Shown here: piece by piece, positions 8,372 to 18,401 of the stretch
Layout of the letters: every line of letters begins with the position of its first letter
Numbering within the stretch: the first letter of the stretch is position 1
DNA from: an uncultured Alphaproteobacteria bacterium
GTDB taxonomy: Bacteria > Pseudomonadota > Alphaproteobacteria > Rs-D84
Direction of reading: 5' to 3'
DNA: 64,000 nucleotides
NCBI GenBank assembly: GCA_949878575.1
Contig: CATLAX010000002.1
Span: 65,378 to 129,377, forward strand
Program-made: the position numbers and the translations under genes
Notes under the pieces: model-generated
Seen by the model: the letters and a program-made list of their open reading frames with translations, nothing else
Told to the model about the DNA's origin: nothing
Database searches by the model: none

Positions 8372-11299
8372 TTAGAAACGATACCGCGCGTTCAGCATGC
8401 CGGTCTGGGACGTATAGTCGCGTCTGATGTCAATATTATAACTGATGCCCAGTTCAACCTGGTCAAACGTCAGGTTCAGCCCCGCGCCCAGTTCCAGTCC
8501 CAGACGTTCCAGACGTTCGCCGTCCAGACCATATTTGGACACACCCGGGACGGATACTTTAACATCATCCGCCTGGGAAACAATGTCGTAATTTACCATC
8601 GCACGCAGTTCCGGACGCAGCAATATGGTATCTGTCGCCGCGAAATCATATGCATATTTTGCACCCAGACCCGCCGTTAGAAAATCCGAATCCGCCGACG
8701 AAACATTTATGTCCATATTGGTATCGTATGAATCTGATGTGATGTGCAGATAGCGCAATGTGGCCTCCGGCGTGATGCCGAACGGCAAATCATACCCTGT
8801 TGTCACCGCGGCACCGTATGCGTCTATATCACGGTCTGATTTTACTTTCATGCCGAATGCATCGCCATGCTCTGACAAATCGGCCATGGTGTAATTTAAC
8901 ACGCCGTTTACATACCACTGCGACGGCTTATACTGGCCGTATACGAACAGTGTGTTTCCGTCTATGTCGGCATTGCGCGCATACATGTCCGCATCGGCCG
9001 TACTAAACGCGTAACCGGCGCCCAGCGTAATGTCATGTCCGGCAATGAAATCCAGACCGGCCGCGAAACCGTACATGTCATAGTTAAACGCGCCATCACT
9101 GTCGGATTTGTTCATCATACCCGCGGCCCATACATGCGACACACCGTACACAATGTCACCCAGTTTGCGCCCCATATCCGCCAGACGCGCGGATACCAGA
9201 CGCCCGACGGAACCCTGTATGTTGCCGGCGACAGACTGTGCAATCGGCGAATTGTCCGGCTGCAACGCATTTGCGGCATGTTCCACCGCGCCGGCATCAC
9301 CCGCCGCCAGCGCCTTTTGAGCATTTACAACCATGCCGTTTAACGCATCGGATGATGAATTCGCCATATTTACAATCATATCGGCCGCTGATGCGGACAG
9401 ACCCGCCCCTGCAATGGCATCCGCGGATTTAACAGACGCAACGATGAAATTATTTTCATCCAGCACAACATCAAACAGCGAATTTTCCAACAGACCGACA
9501 TGAACATTTTCAAAACCAGAGTTTTTGAATATATCATACGTTCCGGCACGGCCAACCGACAAATTCAGGTCGCCGACACCTTCAAAGGACTTTACATCAA
9601 ACGTTGCATATTCCTTGTCGTTGCGCAGTTCCGCGTTCAACACGCCGTCCAAGACTATTGTATCCTGGGTTACGGACGACACACCAATATTTGCAACCGC
9701 GCCCTTTTCAATGGTCATTGTACCGTTGCCCGTAATAACGCCATCCGACGTCATAACCGCACCGTCGCGCAGGGTCAGTGCGCCATTGTTATGCCATACC
9801 GCACGTGGTCCGACGGATATTTTGTTAAATTCCGCGACATTGCCGGCCGTGTCCAGATTTACGTTGTTCATGCTTAACGCTGTGTCGCCCTTTACGTTAT
9901 ATGCGCGCAGGTCGCCCTTAACATTAACAGCGCCGCCGCCGGATATGTTCAATACGGCGTTGCCGGTTACACTGTCGGCATCCGAATTATCCGGCGCCGA
10001 TTTCTGGCGACTGCCAATATTTACATCACCGGCGATATTAATCGTGTTTCTGGCACCGTCCGTGTCCAGATTCACGGTTGTGTTTCCAACGCGGCCGCCC
10101 GGACGCTGGGCCCCGGCGATAATCCAACCGTCGGCCCCCGGCGTTGTGACATACTTGCCATCGTTGCCCAATGTATAACCTATCCATGTGTTTCCGGAAA
10201 CGTCAACCGTTACGTTACCGGCGGACAGATAATTTCCAACGGCGATAACCTCTTCCCGTATAACGGAATCCTCTATATCAATATTCACATTCCTGGCGCC
10301 GACATAATGTTCGGGAACCCATGTTTCCCAGCCATTAACATTCGTCGTGGTGGAACCGCGAACCTGGCCTAGGTTGGAATTTTCAACATCAATGTTTATA
10401 TCGCCCAAAACACCCGTGTCACCTTTTACGGCCCCCATGGCAATCTGTTGGCCGAAAATGCCAGGCGCCGTCACATTATCCGCCTTTATTGTCAGATTTC
10501 CGTCAATAACGTTGCGGTTTCCACCTGACGCCATCAGGCCGACAACACGATCAGATGCAACAACGTTTTCCAAATCCAGCGTAACATCGCCATGCACAAC
10601 AGAACCCGCGCCGGTGGCGTATATTCCATACATTGTGGAATTTGAAACGGTTGCATCCACGTCGCCGTTTATAACACCGCTGCTTACACCGCCACGATTG
10701 CCGAAGTATAAATTACCCATTTTCAAATTATAATTATCAAACACCATCTTTTGTCCGGTGATGACAGATTCATAGCCACCGGTATAAATATGCGTCAGGA
10801 CATCGGCTGTTGACGCATTGTCCAGATGATTGCCGTTTAAGAACACTCCGCCGATATAACCGCTGCCGCTGGTTGCGATTTTAACGTTGTTGTTGCCGGC
10901 GAAAATAAAATTGCCGGATGCCGCCGCAGTGGTTGCCAGATTAAACGTCTGATTCGGATTCCATTTATTAAACACAACTGTCGGTGTCCAGTTGCCAGGA
11001 TGCTGCGGTTCACTGGAAGCATGCTGATTACTGGCAAAAACACCCGTAAATCCGCCAACATCGCCCAGCAAATGTAAAAAGACATCGGTTTTATCGCCCT
11101 CTCGCACCAAAACAGTGCCGTCACCGGTCAGCGTGCCGGTATATCCTGTGCTGGTCAAAACATCCCAGGTATCACCGGCCGCAATGTTACACGTGTCGCC
11201 CGTGCAAGTTACATTGGCCGCCATGGCCGGCATAACAATCAGCGCAGGCAATACGGAACACGCCTTTAGCAAGGTTACGAATTGTTTTGGATACGGCAT
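8372..11299 (-). CDS. Autotransporter (type Va) outer-membrane protein with large G/N/V-rich beta-helical passenger
   Basis: Signal peptide MPYPKQFVTLLKACSVLPALIVMPAMA. The passenger is repetitive. The C-terminal beta-barrel domain ends ...MLNARYRF (aromatic terminal residue). RBS ggagataaaac upstream. Confidence 0.8.
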   Translation of the reverse strand: MPYPKQFVTLLKACSVLPALIVMPAMAANVTCTGDTCNIAAGDTWDVLTSTGYTGTLTGDGTVLVREGDKTDVFLHLLGDVGGFTGVFASNQHASSEPQHPGNWTPTVVFNKWNPNQTFNLATTAAASGNFIFAGNNNVKIATSGSGYIGGVFLNGNHLDNASTADVLTHIYTGGYESVITGQKMVFDNYNLKMGNLYFGNRGGVSSGVINGDVDATVSNSTMYGIYATGAGSVVHGDVTLDLENVVASDRVVGLMASGGNRNVIDGNLTIKADNVTAPGIFGQQIAMGAVKGDTGVLGDINIDVENSNLGQVRGSTTTNVNGWETWVPEHYVGARNVNIDIEDSVIREEVIAVGNYLSAGNVTVDVSGNTWIGYTLGNDGKYVTTPGADGWIIAGAQRPGGRVGNTTVNLDTDGARNTINIAGDVNIGSRQKSAPDNSDADSVTGNAVLNISGGGAVNVKGDLRAYNVKGDTALSMNNVNLDTAGNVAEFNKISVGPRAVWHNNGALTLRDGAVMTSDGVITGNGTMTIEKGAVANIGVSSVTQDTIVLDGVLNAELRNDKEYATFDVKSFEGVGDLNLSVGRAGTYDIFKNSGFENVHVGLLENSLFDVVLDENNFIVASVKSADAIAGAGLSASAADMIVNMANSSSDALNGMVVNAQKALAAGDAGAVEHAANALQPDNSPIAQSVAGNIQGSVGRLVSARLADMGRKLGDIVYGVSHVWAAGMMNKSDSDGAFNYDMYGFAAGLDFIAGHDITLGAGYAFSTADADMYARNADIDGNTLFVYGQYKPSQWYVNGVLNYTMADLSEHGDAFGMKVKSDRDIDAYGAAVTTGYDLPFGITPEATLRYLHITSDSYDTNMDINVSSADSDFLTAGLGAKYAYDFAATDTILLRPELRAMVNYDIVSQADDVKVSVPGVSKYGLDGERLERLGLELGAGLNLTFDQVELGISYNIDIRRDYTSQTGMLNARYRF

Positions 11300-11422
11300 T
11301 GTTTTATCTCCTTTTTATATATTAAATCCTAGGACAAAAAACATACACATGTAAAGAAAAAACATCTTGACTTGAAGTTCAACAATTTATACTAGATTTT
11401 GCATAGTAGTTAAGGAGAAAAT

Positions 11423-11779
11423 ATGAAAAAAATTTTAATTTTATCTGTTGTTGCATTGGCGGCATGTAGTCAAGATTACAGCAAATACGATTCCATTTTT
11501 GAAGGATGTGAAAGAATAGAAACAACCGAATTTCATTTAGTTTATAAGTGTCCAGCAGAACAAGAATGGGCCCAACAAGTAAAACAGCTGCAACCAAACG
11601 GCAAATTTAGGGCTGGTGGTTATTTGAATTTGTCCGAATTATATGCAGATAAAGAACACGTATATGCAGAGGTATCATTTGACGACCCTGGAATGTGCAA
11701 AGAAAACTTTACAATACGTACAATGATTGCCGAACCTATCGAAGGAGGAGAAAATTGGGCATTCGTTGGTTGCAGATAA
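11423..11779 (+). CDS. Small lipoprotein, hypothetical (AT-rich gene)
   Basis: 118 aa with lipobox LAAC-S. RBS aaggagaaaat. Markedly lower GC than neighbours. A terminator follows. Confidence 0.5.
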   Translation: MKKILILSVVALAACSQDYSKYDSIFEGCERIETTEFHLVYKCPAEQEWAQQVKQLQPNGKFRAGGYLNLSELYADKEHVYAEVSFDDPGMCKENFTIRTMIAEPIEGGENWAFVGCR

Positions 11780-11802
11780 ATATTATTAAATAACAAGTTA
11801 GA

Positions 11803-11830
11803 AAGTGGTGATTTTTCACCACTTTTTTAT
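11803..11830 (+). terminator. Rho-independent terminator
   Basis: Hairpin aaagtggtga-ttttt-caccacttt followed by TTTT. Confidence 0.6.
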
Positions 11831-11905
11831 TTCCAACTTTCGAACTTGCTAAAAACATTAGAAAACAAATAAAAAACCGCTCTGAAACGAGCGGTCGTAA
11901 AACCT

Positions 11906-11979
11906 TGGTTGGGGCAGCTGGATTCGAACCAACACTGACGGAGTCAGAGTCCGGAGTTCTACCGTTAAACTATGCCCCA
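11906..11979 (-). tRNA. tRNA-Gln (anticodon CTG)
   Basis: Cloverleaf folded by hand: acceptor UGGGGCA/UGCCCCA, anticodon loop CUCUGAC, T-loop GGTTCGAATCC, 3' CCA encoded. Confidence 0.8.
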
Positions 11980-12048
11980 AGCGTCGTGGATTATATAACA
12001 CCATTATTCCATTTGCAAGAACTTATTTTATATGAAAATATATGTACT

Positions 12049-12531
12049 ATGAAATATTATAATTTTTATGAATCCCCTGTTGGGCGGTTAACAATGGCAA
12101 GTGACGGCGACAAGATTACCGGGCTGTGGATTGCAAATCAAAAATATTATGGGCGCAACCTGAATCCGGATGCAAAACCGGCACCTGATTTGGAAATATT
12201 TCAAATAACCACCAAATGGCTAAACGAATACTTTGATAAAAAAATACCGGAATGCGCACCGCCCCCGCTGGTGCCATACGGAACAGATTTCCAAAAAGCC
12301 GTATGGCGGGCATTGCAAACAATACCGTACGGACACACCGTTACATATGGCGATATTGCCAAACACATGGGAACATCCGCACGCGCCGTTGGAGCCGCCG
12401 TTGGCCACAATCCCATATCCATAATAATTCCATGCCACAGAGTCCTGGGCGCCGACGGGGCACTGACCGGGTACGCCGGGGGCGTGAAAGCAAAACAGAT
12501 TCTGTTGGCGCTGGAAGGTATCAAATTTTAA
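12049..12531 (+). CDS. ogt: Methylated-DNA--protein-cysteine methyltransferase (Ogt/MGMT)
   Basis: Active-site IPCHRV motif and the HTH region GDIAKHMGTSARAVGAAVGHNP. The start is placed at MKYYNF (12049) to avoid overlap with tRNA-Gln. Confidence 0.85.
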   Translation: MKYYNFYESPVGRLTMASDGDKITGLWIANQKYYGRNLNPDAKPAPDLEIFQITTKWLNEYFDKKIPECAPPPLVPYGTDFQKAVWRALQTIPYGHTVTYGDIAKHMGTSARAVGAAVGHNPISIIIPCHRVLGADGALTGYAGGVKAKQILLALEGIKF

Positions 12532-12630
12532 CCCCACAATCATAGACCAAACTTTTTTTTGACAAAATATATTGACAAATAGCGTTTTTTGGATATTATG
12601 TCTTTCATAATACAAATTTAAGGGGCAGAA

Positions 12631-13374
12631 ATGTTCAAAGAACTGAAATTGAAAATCGCCGCGCGCCGCGTAGGTCGCAAAACCACAAACAGCCGTCGGC
12701 GCAATACTCGCAAGGCCACAACTTTTTGGGGACGCGTTTGGCATATTATCTGTGCACCGTTTCGCCTGATTGCAAGAATCGCCGCAGCAATATGGGCATG
12801 GATTCGCAGTATTGACTTAATAGGTTTGGTAAACACGACCCTGTTGGTTGCGATTATCGTGCTGTTTTCCATGTTGATTATCAACATTATCGGATGCGGC
12901 AGAAAAAATGTAATTATAGTTGCCGATGCCCCGGCAATAGCGGTGGCGACAGAAAAGCCGCAAGTCACATTAACCGATGAATCTGCACCGGCCGCGATAA
13001 AGCCCCGTCCGGATCTGCCGATACGCCGCGATCCGGCCACACGAAAATTCCAGGCGCATACCGTTGACACGTCAACTGTCAAATGCGACACAAACCCGGT
13101 GACAATGTATGGCGATGTTATCATAGACCGTCGCGGTCAATGTCCGGCTTTGCGCGACGGCGTGCATATCACAGGCAGCCTGTATTTGCAAAACATGCGT
13201 AAATACACATTGCCGTGCGGGGCGGTAATTGACGGCAACCTGTTCCTGCGCGATGTTGAAATGCTGCAGTTCTGCGGGGATTTCACCGTCAAAGGAAACA
13301 TTTATGTCAGTCCGCGTTCATCATTCGGGCCGATACCGCGCACGGCGCGCCTGGGCGGACAGGTTATTTTGTAA
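12631..13374 (+). CDS. Hypothetical membrane protein
   Basis: 247 aa with a basic N-terminus, two hydrophobic segments and a C-terminal Cys-containing domain. RBS aaggggcagaa. Confidence 0.45.
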   Translation: MFKELKLKIAARRVGRKTTNSRRRNTRKATTFWGRVWHIICAPFRLIARIAAAIWAWIRSIDLIGLVNTTLLVAIIVLFSMLIINIIGCGRKNVIIVADAPAIAVATEKPQVTLTDESAPAAIKPRPDLPIRRDPATRKFQAHTVDTSTVKCDTNPVTMYGDVIIDRRGQCPALRDGVHITGSLYLQNMRKYTLPCGAVIDGNLFLRDVEMLQFCGDFTVKGNIYVSPRSSFGPIPRTARLGGQVIL

Positions 13375-13407
13375 ACAAACGGGTCGCAAACGCGACCCGT
13401 TTGTTTT
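13375..13407 (+). terminator. Rho-independent terminator
   Basis: Hairpin aaacgggtcgc-aaa-cgcgacccgttt followed by gttttt. Confidence 0.65.
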
Positions 13408-13468
13408 TGCTTGCACCACGGCAAGTGTTTCCTATATAATATAAAGCATCCAAACGAAGGGAATCAAA

Positions 13469-13687
13469 ATGAACACATTTGAAAAAATTTTAAACGTACT
13501 GGCCAAAAATTTGGGCTATACAGTTGTGCTGGTTGCGGCGATTATTTTGTTCGCACTGTTTTCCGGCGGTCTGTTGCGCGGCCTGATTACGGCTGGTTCG
13601 GCACTGATTGCATACGCGTGCATAGAACTGCTGTACAAACAGTTCAAAGAAACGCCCGCACCGAAAAAGGTTCAAAAGCGCAAATAA
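13469..13687 (+). CDS. Small membrane protein, hypothetical
   Basis: 72 aa with two predicted TM helices. RBS gaagggaatcaaaatg. Confidence 0.4.
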   Translation: MNTFEKILNVLAKNLGYTVVLVAAIILFALFSGGLLRGLITAGSALIAYACIELLYKQFKETPAPKKVQKRK

Positions 13688-13716
13688 AAAATCCCGCATT
13701 TGCGGGATTTTTTTTA
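13685..13716. terminator. Bidirectional rho-independent terminator (between small ORF and secG)
   Basis: Hairpin atcccgca-tt-tgcgggat flanked by an A-run and a T-run. Confidence 0.65.
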
Positions 13717-13725
13717 ATCTTGTTT

Positions 13726-14088
13726 TTACTGATTGTCCGCCGCGGCGTCATCCGTCGTCGCATTATCCGCAGCAGCATCCACAGGTGCGCCGGCCATATC
13801 CGCATTTTCCTGAATCAGCAATTCCTGACGCAGATTGCTTTGACGCGACGCCATGTCGGATTTTGACGATACCAGCGCCAATGCCGCGCACAATAAAAAG
13901 AATATTGTCGCCAACCACGCCGTCAACTTTGTTAAAAAGTTTCCGGCCGCCGCCCCCGTCAAGGCACCGCCAAACATTGACGCCGCCGAAGAACCGGACA
14001 TTCCGCTGCCCTCTGATTTCTGCAGCAATATTACGCAGGTCATAAAAATTGCAACTATTATCAAACACACCAGTAAAATTGTAAACAT
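13726..14088 (-). CDS. secG: Preprotein translocase subunit SecG
   Basis: 120 aa; N-terminal TM then LLQKSEGSGMSGSSAASMFGG glycine-rich loop typical of SecG, then a second TM. Confidence 0.8.
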   Translation of the reverse strand: MFTILLVCLIIVAIFMTCVILLQKSEGSGMSGSSAASMFGGALTGAAAGNFLTKLTAWLATIFFLLCAALALVSSKSDMASRQSNLRQELLIQENADMAGAPVDAAADNATTDDAAADNQ

Positions 14089-14131
14089 AACTTTTTCCTT
14101 TGATTACCGCCTGATTTTAGCGGGACTGTAC

Positions 14132-14764
14132 CTAAATTGCAAGAATTTTCAACAATTCGGCGGCAGCGGCACTGCTGGCCTCTTTTTTAGATGCGCCGGT
14201 CGCCGTTGCCGTTACCCCCATGGCCGACACCCGCACTTTAAACACAGGGCTGTGCGATGCGCCGATCGGGTTCATGTATTCATATTCCGGCAAGACCCCG
14301 CCAGAACATTTCTGAACCAATTCCTGAAGCGCGGTTTTCGGATCTTTGGGCGCAACGACGTCGCGCGCGGCAATATCACGCCACAAATCTGTTATAACCG
14401 CACGTGCCGCCTCAAAACCGCCGTCAATAAATATGGCACCCAGCACGGCCTCCATCGCGTTGGCCAGAATATGCCGAACACGGCCGGCCGTAATGTGACC
14501 GTGGCGCAACATGTTCGCCAACCCCAATTCCGTGGCAACATCGGCCAGAGTATCCGTGGATACCAGCATCGCATGGCGCCGCGCCAAATCCCCCTCCATC
14601 TCATTTGGGAACATATCATACAGCATTGCGGCCACGGTTAATCCCAGAACACGGTCGCCGATAAATTCCAAGCGTTCGTTGTTGTGTTTGGAATCAACCC
14701 CGCTTTGCGTCAGCGCCAAAGCCAGCAAATCTTTATTCTTAAAATCGTAATTTAACTGTTTCAC
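14132..14764 (-). CDS. rnc: Ribonuclease III
   Basis: ERLEFIGDRVL signature with a C-terminal dsRBD. Immediately downstream of lepB. Confidence 0.9.
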   Translation of the reverse strand: MKQLNYDFKNKDLLALALTQSGVDSKHNNERLEFIGDRVLGLTVAAMLYDMFPNEMEGDLARRHAMLVSTDTLADVATELGLANMLRHGHITAGRVRHILANAMEAVLGAIFIDGGFEAARAVITDLWRDIAARDVVAPKDPKTALQELVQKCSGGVLPEYEYMNPIGASHSPVFKVRVSAMGVTATATGASKKEASSAAAAELLKILAI

Positions 14765-15643
14765 TTACTTAATCCCCATACCAAAGCGGGACCAGCGCAT
14801 CTTGCTGCCCCAATTCCACACAGCCAGCATGGATGAATAATAATTGTGGGAATACCACACAAACCATACCTTGCCCAGGACATAGTCACGCGGCACGGCA
14901 CCGATGTCGGCGCGGCTGTCGCCACTGTTGTCGCGGTTGTCACCCATAAAGAACAAATGTTTTTCCGGGACCGTGAATTCCGGAGTATTGTCAAACATTG
15001 CGTCATCGGAATATTCAATTATGCTGTGCCGGACGCCGTTCGGCAGTGTTTCCGTATATTCTGTAACATGCGCCACCCCGCATGCCGCCGGATAAGTCTT
15101 ACAATATCTGTCGGATTTGTATTCAATGGTGTAATTAAATGTTGCGGGAACGTTATCAACCCAAATCTTGTTGCCTTTGATGGCCATGCCGCCCTCATAA
15201 AACCCGACAGAACGCAATGACCGCGGCAGAACCGCGACAACATACGGTCTGGGGTTGTCACGCGGAACCATTTCACCGTTGATATACAGGCGGCCCTCTT
15301 TCATCTGTATTCTGTCGCCGGGCAAACCAATTAAGCGCTTAACATAATCCTGGGACTCATTGACAGGATTGCGGAATACAATAACATCGCCCATTTTCGG
15401 TTCGTGCGCAAAAAAGCGACCGTTCCAAATCTTCCATGATCCGAACGGGAACGAGTACCTGGAATAACCGTACGCCCATTTTTCCACAAATATGTGGTCG
15501 CCGATATGCAGCGTCGGTATCATTGACCCGGACGGAATATTAAACGGTTCCAATAACAGACTTCTAAATATAATTGCGATTAAGGCACCGTAAAACAGCG
15601 TATTAAACCATTCACGGGCAACATTTTTATTTTTTGATGACAT
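14765..15643 (-). CDS. lepB: Signal peptidase I
   Basis: SGSMIPTL (catalytic Ser box), GDNRDNSGDSR and KRLIGLPGD motifs. Start MSSKNKNV at 15643. The upstream extension of the 507-aa ORF is antisense to comM. Confidence 0.9.
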   Translation of the reverse strand: MSSKNKNVAREWFNTLFYGALIAIIFRSLLLEPFNIPSGSMIPTLHIGDHIFVEKWAYGYSRYSFPFGSWKIWNGRFFAHEPKMGDVIVFRNPVNESQDYVKRLIGLPGDRIQMKEGRLYINGEMVPRDNPRPYVVAVLPRSLRSVGFYEGGMAIKGNKIWVDNVPATFNYTIEYKSDRYCKTYPAACGVAHVTEYTETLPNGVRHSIIEYSDDAMFDNTPEFTVPEKHLFFMGDNRDNSGDSRADIGAVPRDYVLGKVWFVWYSHNYYSSMLAVWNWGSKMRWSRFGMGIK

Positions 15644-15716
15644 TGATGTTTCCGTCCTTTTGTTTGCGGGTATTTTAGAACTTGAATTACAAATGCGCAA
15701 GCTATAATATGCAAAC

Positions 15717-17252
15717 ATGATTTCTTTAAATTCCATAATATTCAACGGCATGGAAATTACGCGCATTGATGTCCAAGTGCAGCTGTCGTCCGGCCTGGCA
15801 AAACCTGAGTTCAAGATAATCGGCCTGGCCGACAGGGCGGTCAAAGAATCCGCGGAACGCGTGCGAAATGCACTGGGGGCGCTGAACCTGGGACTGCCGC
15901 CGAAAAAGCTGACTGTGAACCTGTCGCCGGCGGACATGGAAAAGACCGGTGCACACTTTGACCTGCCGATACTGTGTGCAATCATGTGCGCAATCGGCGC
16001 CCTGCCAGAAGACAAATTATCCAAATACATTATAATGGGTGAAATCGGACTGGACGGTGCGATAGTAAAAACAGACGGCGTGTTGCCGGCGGGCGTATGG
16101 GCGGCAAAAAACAACATGGGGCTGATATGTCCCGGCGACCAGGGGGCGGAGGCCGCCATGTCGTCCAACCCGGATATTTTGGCGCCGAAACACGTTCTGG
16201 ATTTGATAAACCATTTTCGCGGCGGCGCAACACTGGCCGCGCCGGATTCTTGTGACGCGGCAAAAAACAACACCGCAAACACAACCATAGACCTCTCTGA
16301 CGTACACGGCCAGGCGGCGGCAAAGCGCGCACTGGAAATAGCGGCGGCCGGCGGTCACGCAATGCTGATGATCGGGCCGCCGGGCTCTGGAAAGACCATG
16401 CTGGCGTCAAGACTGGCGACAATAATGCCGGAAATGACAACGGAAGAGGTTTTGGAAACATCCATAATATATTCAATCGCCGGCCAGTTAAACGGCCGCG
16501 GGCTGATTTCCACGCGCCCGTTTCGCAGCGTGCATCACACCGCCAGTGCGGTTGCACTGGCCGGGGGCGGCGGGAATGCGCGACCGGGGGAAATATCGCT
16601 GGCACACAATGGTGTTTTATTTTTGGACGAACTGCCGGAATTTAACCGCACCACGCTGGAGGTTCTGCGCCAACCGATGGAGGCCGGCCATATAGTAATA
16701 TCACGCGCACGGCGCAATGCGACATACCCGGCGCGTTTTCAACTGATTGCGGCAATGAATCCGTGTCCGTGCGGTCATCTGGGCAATGCAGCAATGGCGT
16801 GTTCGCGGGCGCCCCGCTGTGCAGAGGCGTATCAAAACAAAATATCCGGCCCACTGTTGGACCGTATTGACCTGCATGTGGACGTTGACGCTGTAAACCC
16901 GTGGGAAATGCACCGCGCAGACGACACCACCGCGCGCGAAGACAGCGCAACCGTACGCGCACGAGTTGTCGCCGCACGCGAACGCCAAATTCGCCGCCAG
17001 GGAAAAATCAATGCATATCTGGACGGCCCGGAACTGGATACGGCGGCCGGCATGTCAGCGGAAACAGTGGAGTTTTTGAACACGGCGGCCGAAAAAATGG
17101 GAATGTCCGCCCGCGGCTATAACCGTATCAAACGAATTGCGCGAACGATTGCCGACCTGCGCGGGGCGGCGTCCGTGGAAATATCAGATCTGGCAGAGGC
17201 ATTGTCATACCGCCAGATAGGCCGCGGCAAATACGGAACAAAAACAGAATAA
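15717..17252 (+). CDS. YifB/ComM family Mg-chelatase-like AAA+ ATPase
   Basis: Lon-protease-like N-domain, Walker A GPPGSGKT, LFLDELPEF Walker B, C-terminal Mg-chelatase subunit ChlI-like region. Confidence 0.85.
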   Translation: MISLNSIIFNGMEITRIDVQVQLSSGLAKPEFKIIGLADRAVKESAERVRNALGALNLGLPPKKLTVNLSPADMEKTGAHFDLPILCAIMCAIGALPEDKLSKYIIMGEIGLDGAIVKTDGVLPAGVWAAKNNMGLICPGDQGAEAAMSSNPDILAPKHVLDLINHFRGGATLAAPDSCDAAKNNTANTTIDLSDVHGQAAAKRALEIAAAGGHAMLMIGPPGSGKTMLASRLATIMPEMTTEEVLETSIIYSIAGQLNGRGLISTRPFRSVHHTASAVALAGGGGNARPGEISLAHNGVLFLDELPEFNRTTLEVLRQPMEAGHIVISRARRNATYPARFQLIAAMNPCPCGHLGNAAMACSRAPRCAEAYQNKISGPLLDRIDLHVDVDAVNPWEMHRADDTTAREDSATVRARVVAARERQIRRQGKINAYLDGPELDTAAGMSAETVEFLNTAAEKMGMSARGYNRIKRIARTIADLRGAASVEISDLAEALSYRQIGRGKYGTKTE

Positions 17253-17308
17253 GCCACGGCGACGGCAATTTCGGCCGCGCGATAACAACACATACGAAAA
17301 AATAAATA

Positions 17309-17336
17309 AAAAATCCGCCCGACGGCGGATTTTTTG
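17309..17336. terminator. Bidirectional rho-independent terminator
   Basis: Hairpin atccgcc-cgac-ggcggat with flanking A/T runs, between convergent genes. Confidence 0.6.
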
Positions 17337-17367
17337 GTGACAGTTCGCAAATTTTTACGCACGCGGA

Positions 17368-18345
17368 TTAAAATTCAAACCGAACACCCAGCATGATGTT
17401 TGCGTATATCATGTTTTCCGCACTGAACCAGTCGCGATGACGCGTGTCGTCCTTGTTTTCCAGGCTCCACTTTATTTTTGGAATGTACGCCACGCGCGCA
17501 CCAAAATCCAAAAACATGTTTTCCGTCACACCGTAAGAAATTCCGGCGGCAACAACACCGGCAATGTTTGACGAATTTGTTTTTGAACGATAAAACTGAA
17601 CAACGCCATAATCATCCGGTTCGCCAAAATTCTGCAGATCAACGGACGTTGACAAATCACCGTACAAATCGGACAGATTCAACGTCGTTTCCGTATCCGC
17701 GTAACCGATACCGAAACCGACATACGGAATAATCTTGTACAATGGTTTGCGCAGGCCGTCAAAGAAATCATAATACGCCATCGCGCTGATTATGTCTGTT
17801 GAAACTTTTGACTGGGCGCTGCCGCTTTGCGCCATTATCACAACACCGGCCACGTCGCCACCGGTCAGCGCCAGGTCGCCTTCAAACAATGGCGACTCGT
17901 TATACTCCATTTCCGTTATATGGTCCCATCCAACCTCTATACGCCACTGTGGACGGTTTGGTATGGTCCAGCCCAGCGACGCGCCGGCGGCAAACGAAAA
18001 TTCTGAAAAATCATTCGCAGGTTTTACATCCGCCAAATCACCCATGCCCGCATATGCAAATCCGGCACAGCCGCCGCCCTGAACACAGGCATCATAATAC
18101 GCGGCCGATATAACCATGCCGTCGCCCGGGTTTATATAATATTCCGTGGTCAGCGACCCAACCTCATTTTTTATAGACCCGAAACCAAACGACGCACCGC
18201 CGCGCGCCGATATGACAAAGCGAGATCCGTCATCGGAATACCACCCGTCACCCAGATATGTTCCGGGATACTGCCAGTTTGCACTGGCCGGCGCCGCGGA
18301 AAAAATTGATAAAACAGACAATATGCAAAATAAACTTTTTCTCAT
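17368..18345 (-). CDS. Outer-membrane beta-barrel protein, hypothetical
   Basis: Signal peptide MRKSLFCILSVLSIFSAAPASA (start 18345), alternating amphipathic strands, C-terminal ...GVRFEF. Confidence 0.55.
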   Translation of the reverse strand: MRKSLFCILSVLSIFSAAPASANWQYPGTYLGDGWYSDDGSRFVISARGGASFGFGSIKNEVGSLTTEYYINPGDGMVISAAYYDACVQGGGCAGFAYAGMGDLADVKPANDFSEFSFAAGASLGWTIPNRPQWRIEVGWDHITEMEYNESPLFEGDLALTGGDVAGVVIMAQSGSAQSKVSTDIISAMAYYDFFDGLRKPLYKIIPYVGFGIGYADTETTLNLSDLYGDLSTSVDLQNFGEPDDYGVVQFYRSKTNSSNIAGVVAAGISYGVTENMFLDFGARVAYIPKIKWSLENKDDTRHRDWFSAENMIYANIMLGVRFEF

Positions 18346-18401
18346 GTTCGGCATTATATCACAAAATGCCCCACGATGAAAACAGATTTTAAGCCGTGAT
18401 T

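Noticed and set aside
9525-10178. 217-aa plus-strand ORF inside the autotransporter gene (also 10347-10733 and 6253-7594 inside the P-type ATPase)
   Set aside because: These are antisense or alternative-frame ORFs within long, well-supported genes. They are S/P/T/R-rich with no start context.
11905-12048. N-terminal extension of the ogt ORF (start 11905)
   Set aside because: It would overlap tRNA-Gln (11906-11979) on the opposite strand. The conserved Ogt sequence begins at MKYYNF (12049), after an AT-rich spacer.
14765-16288. 507-aa ORF extending lepB upstream to 16288
   Set aside because: The N-terminal 215 residues are antisense to the comM/yifB gene (15717-17252). The ORF has no RBS and a low-complexity composition. 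The authentic signal peptidase start is MSSKNK at 15643.
16030-16977. Minus-strand ORFs (191, 111 and 95 aa) within comM
   Set aside because: Arg/Pro-rich antisense frames of a GC-rich coding region; no support.
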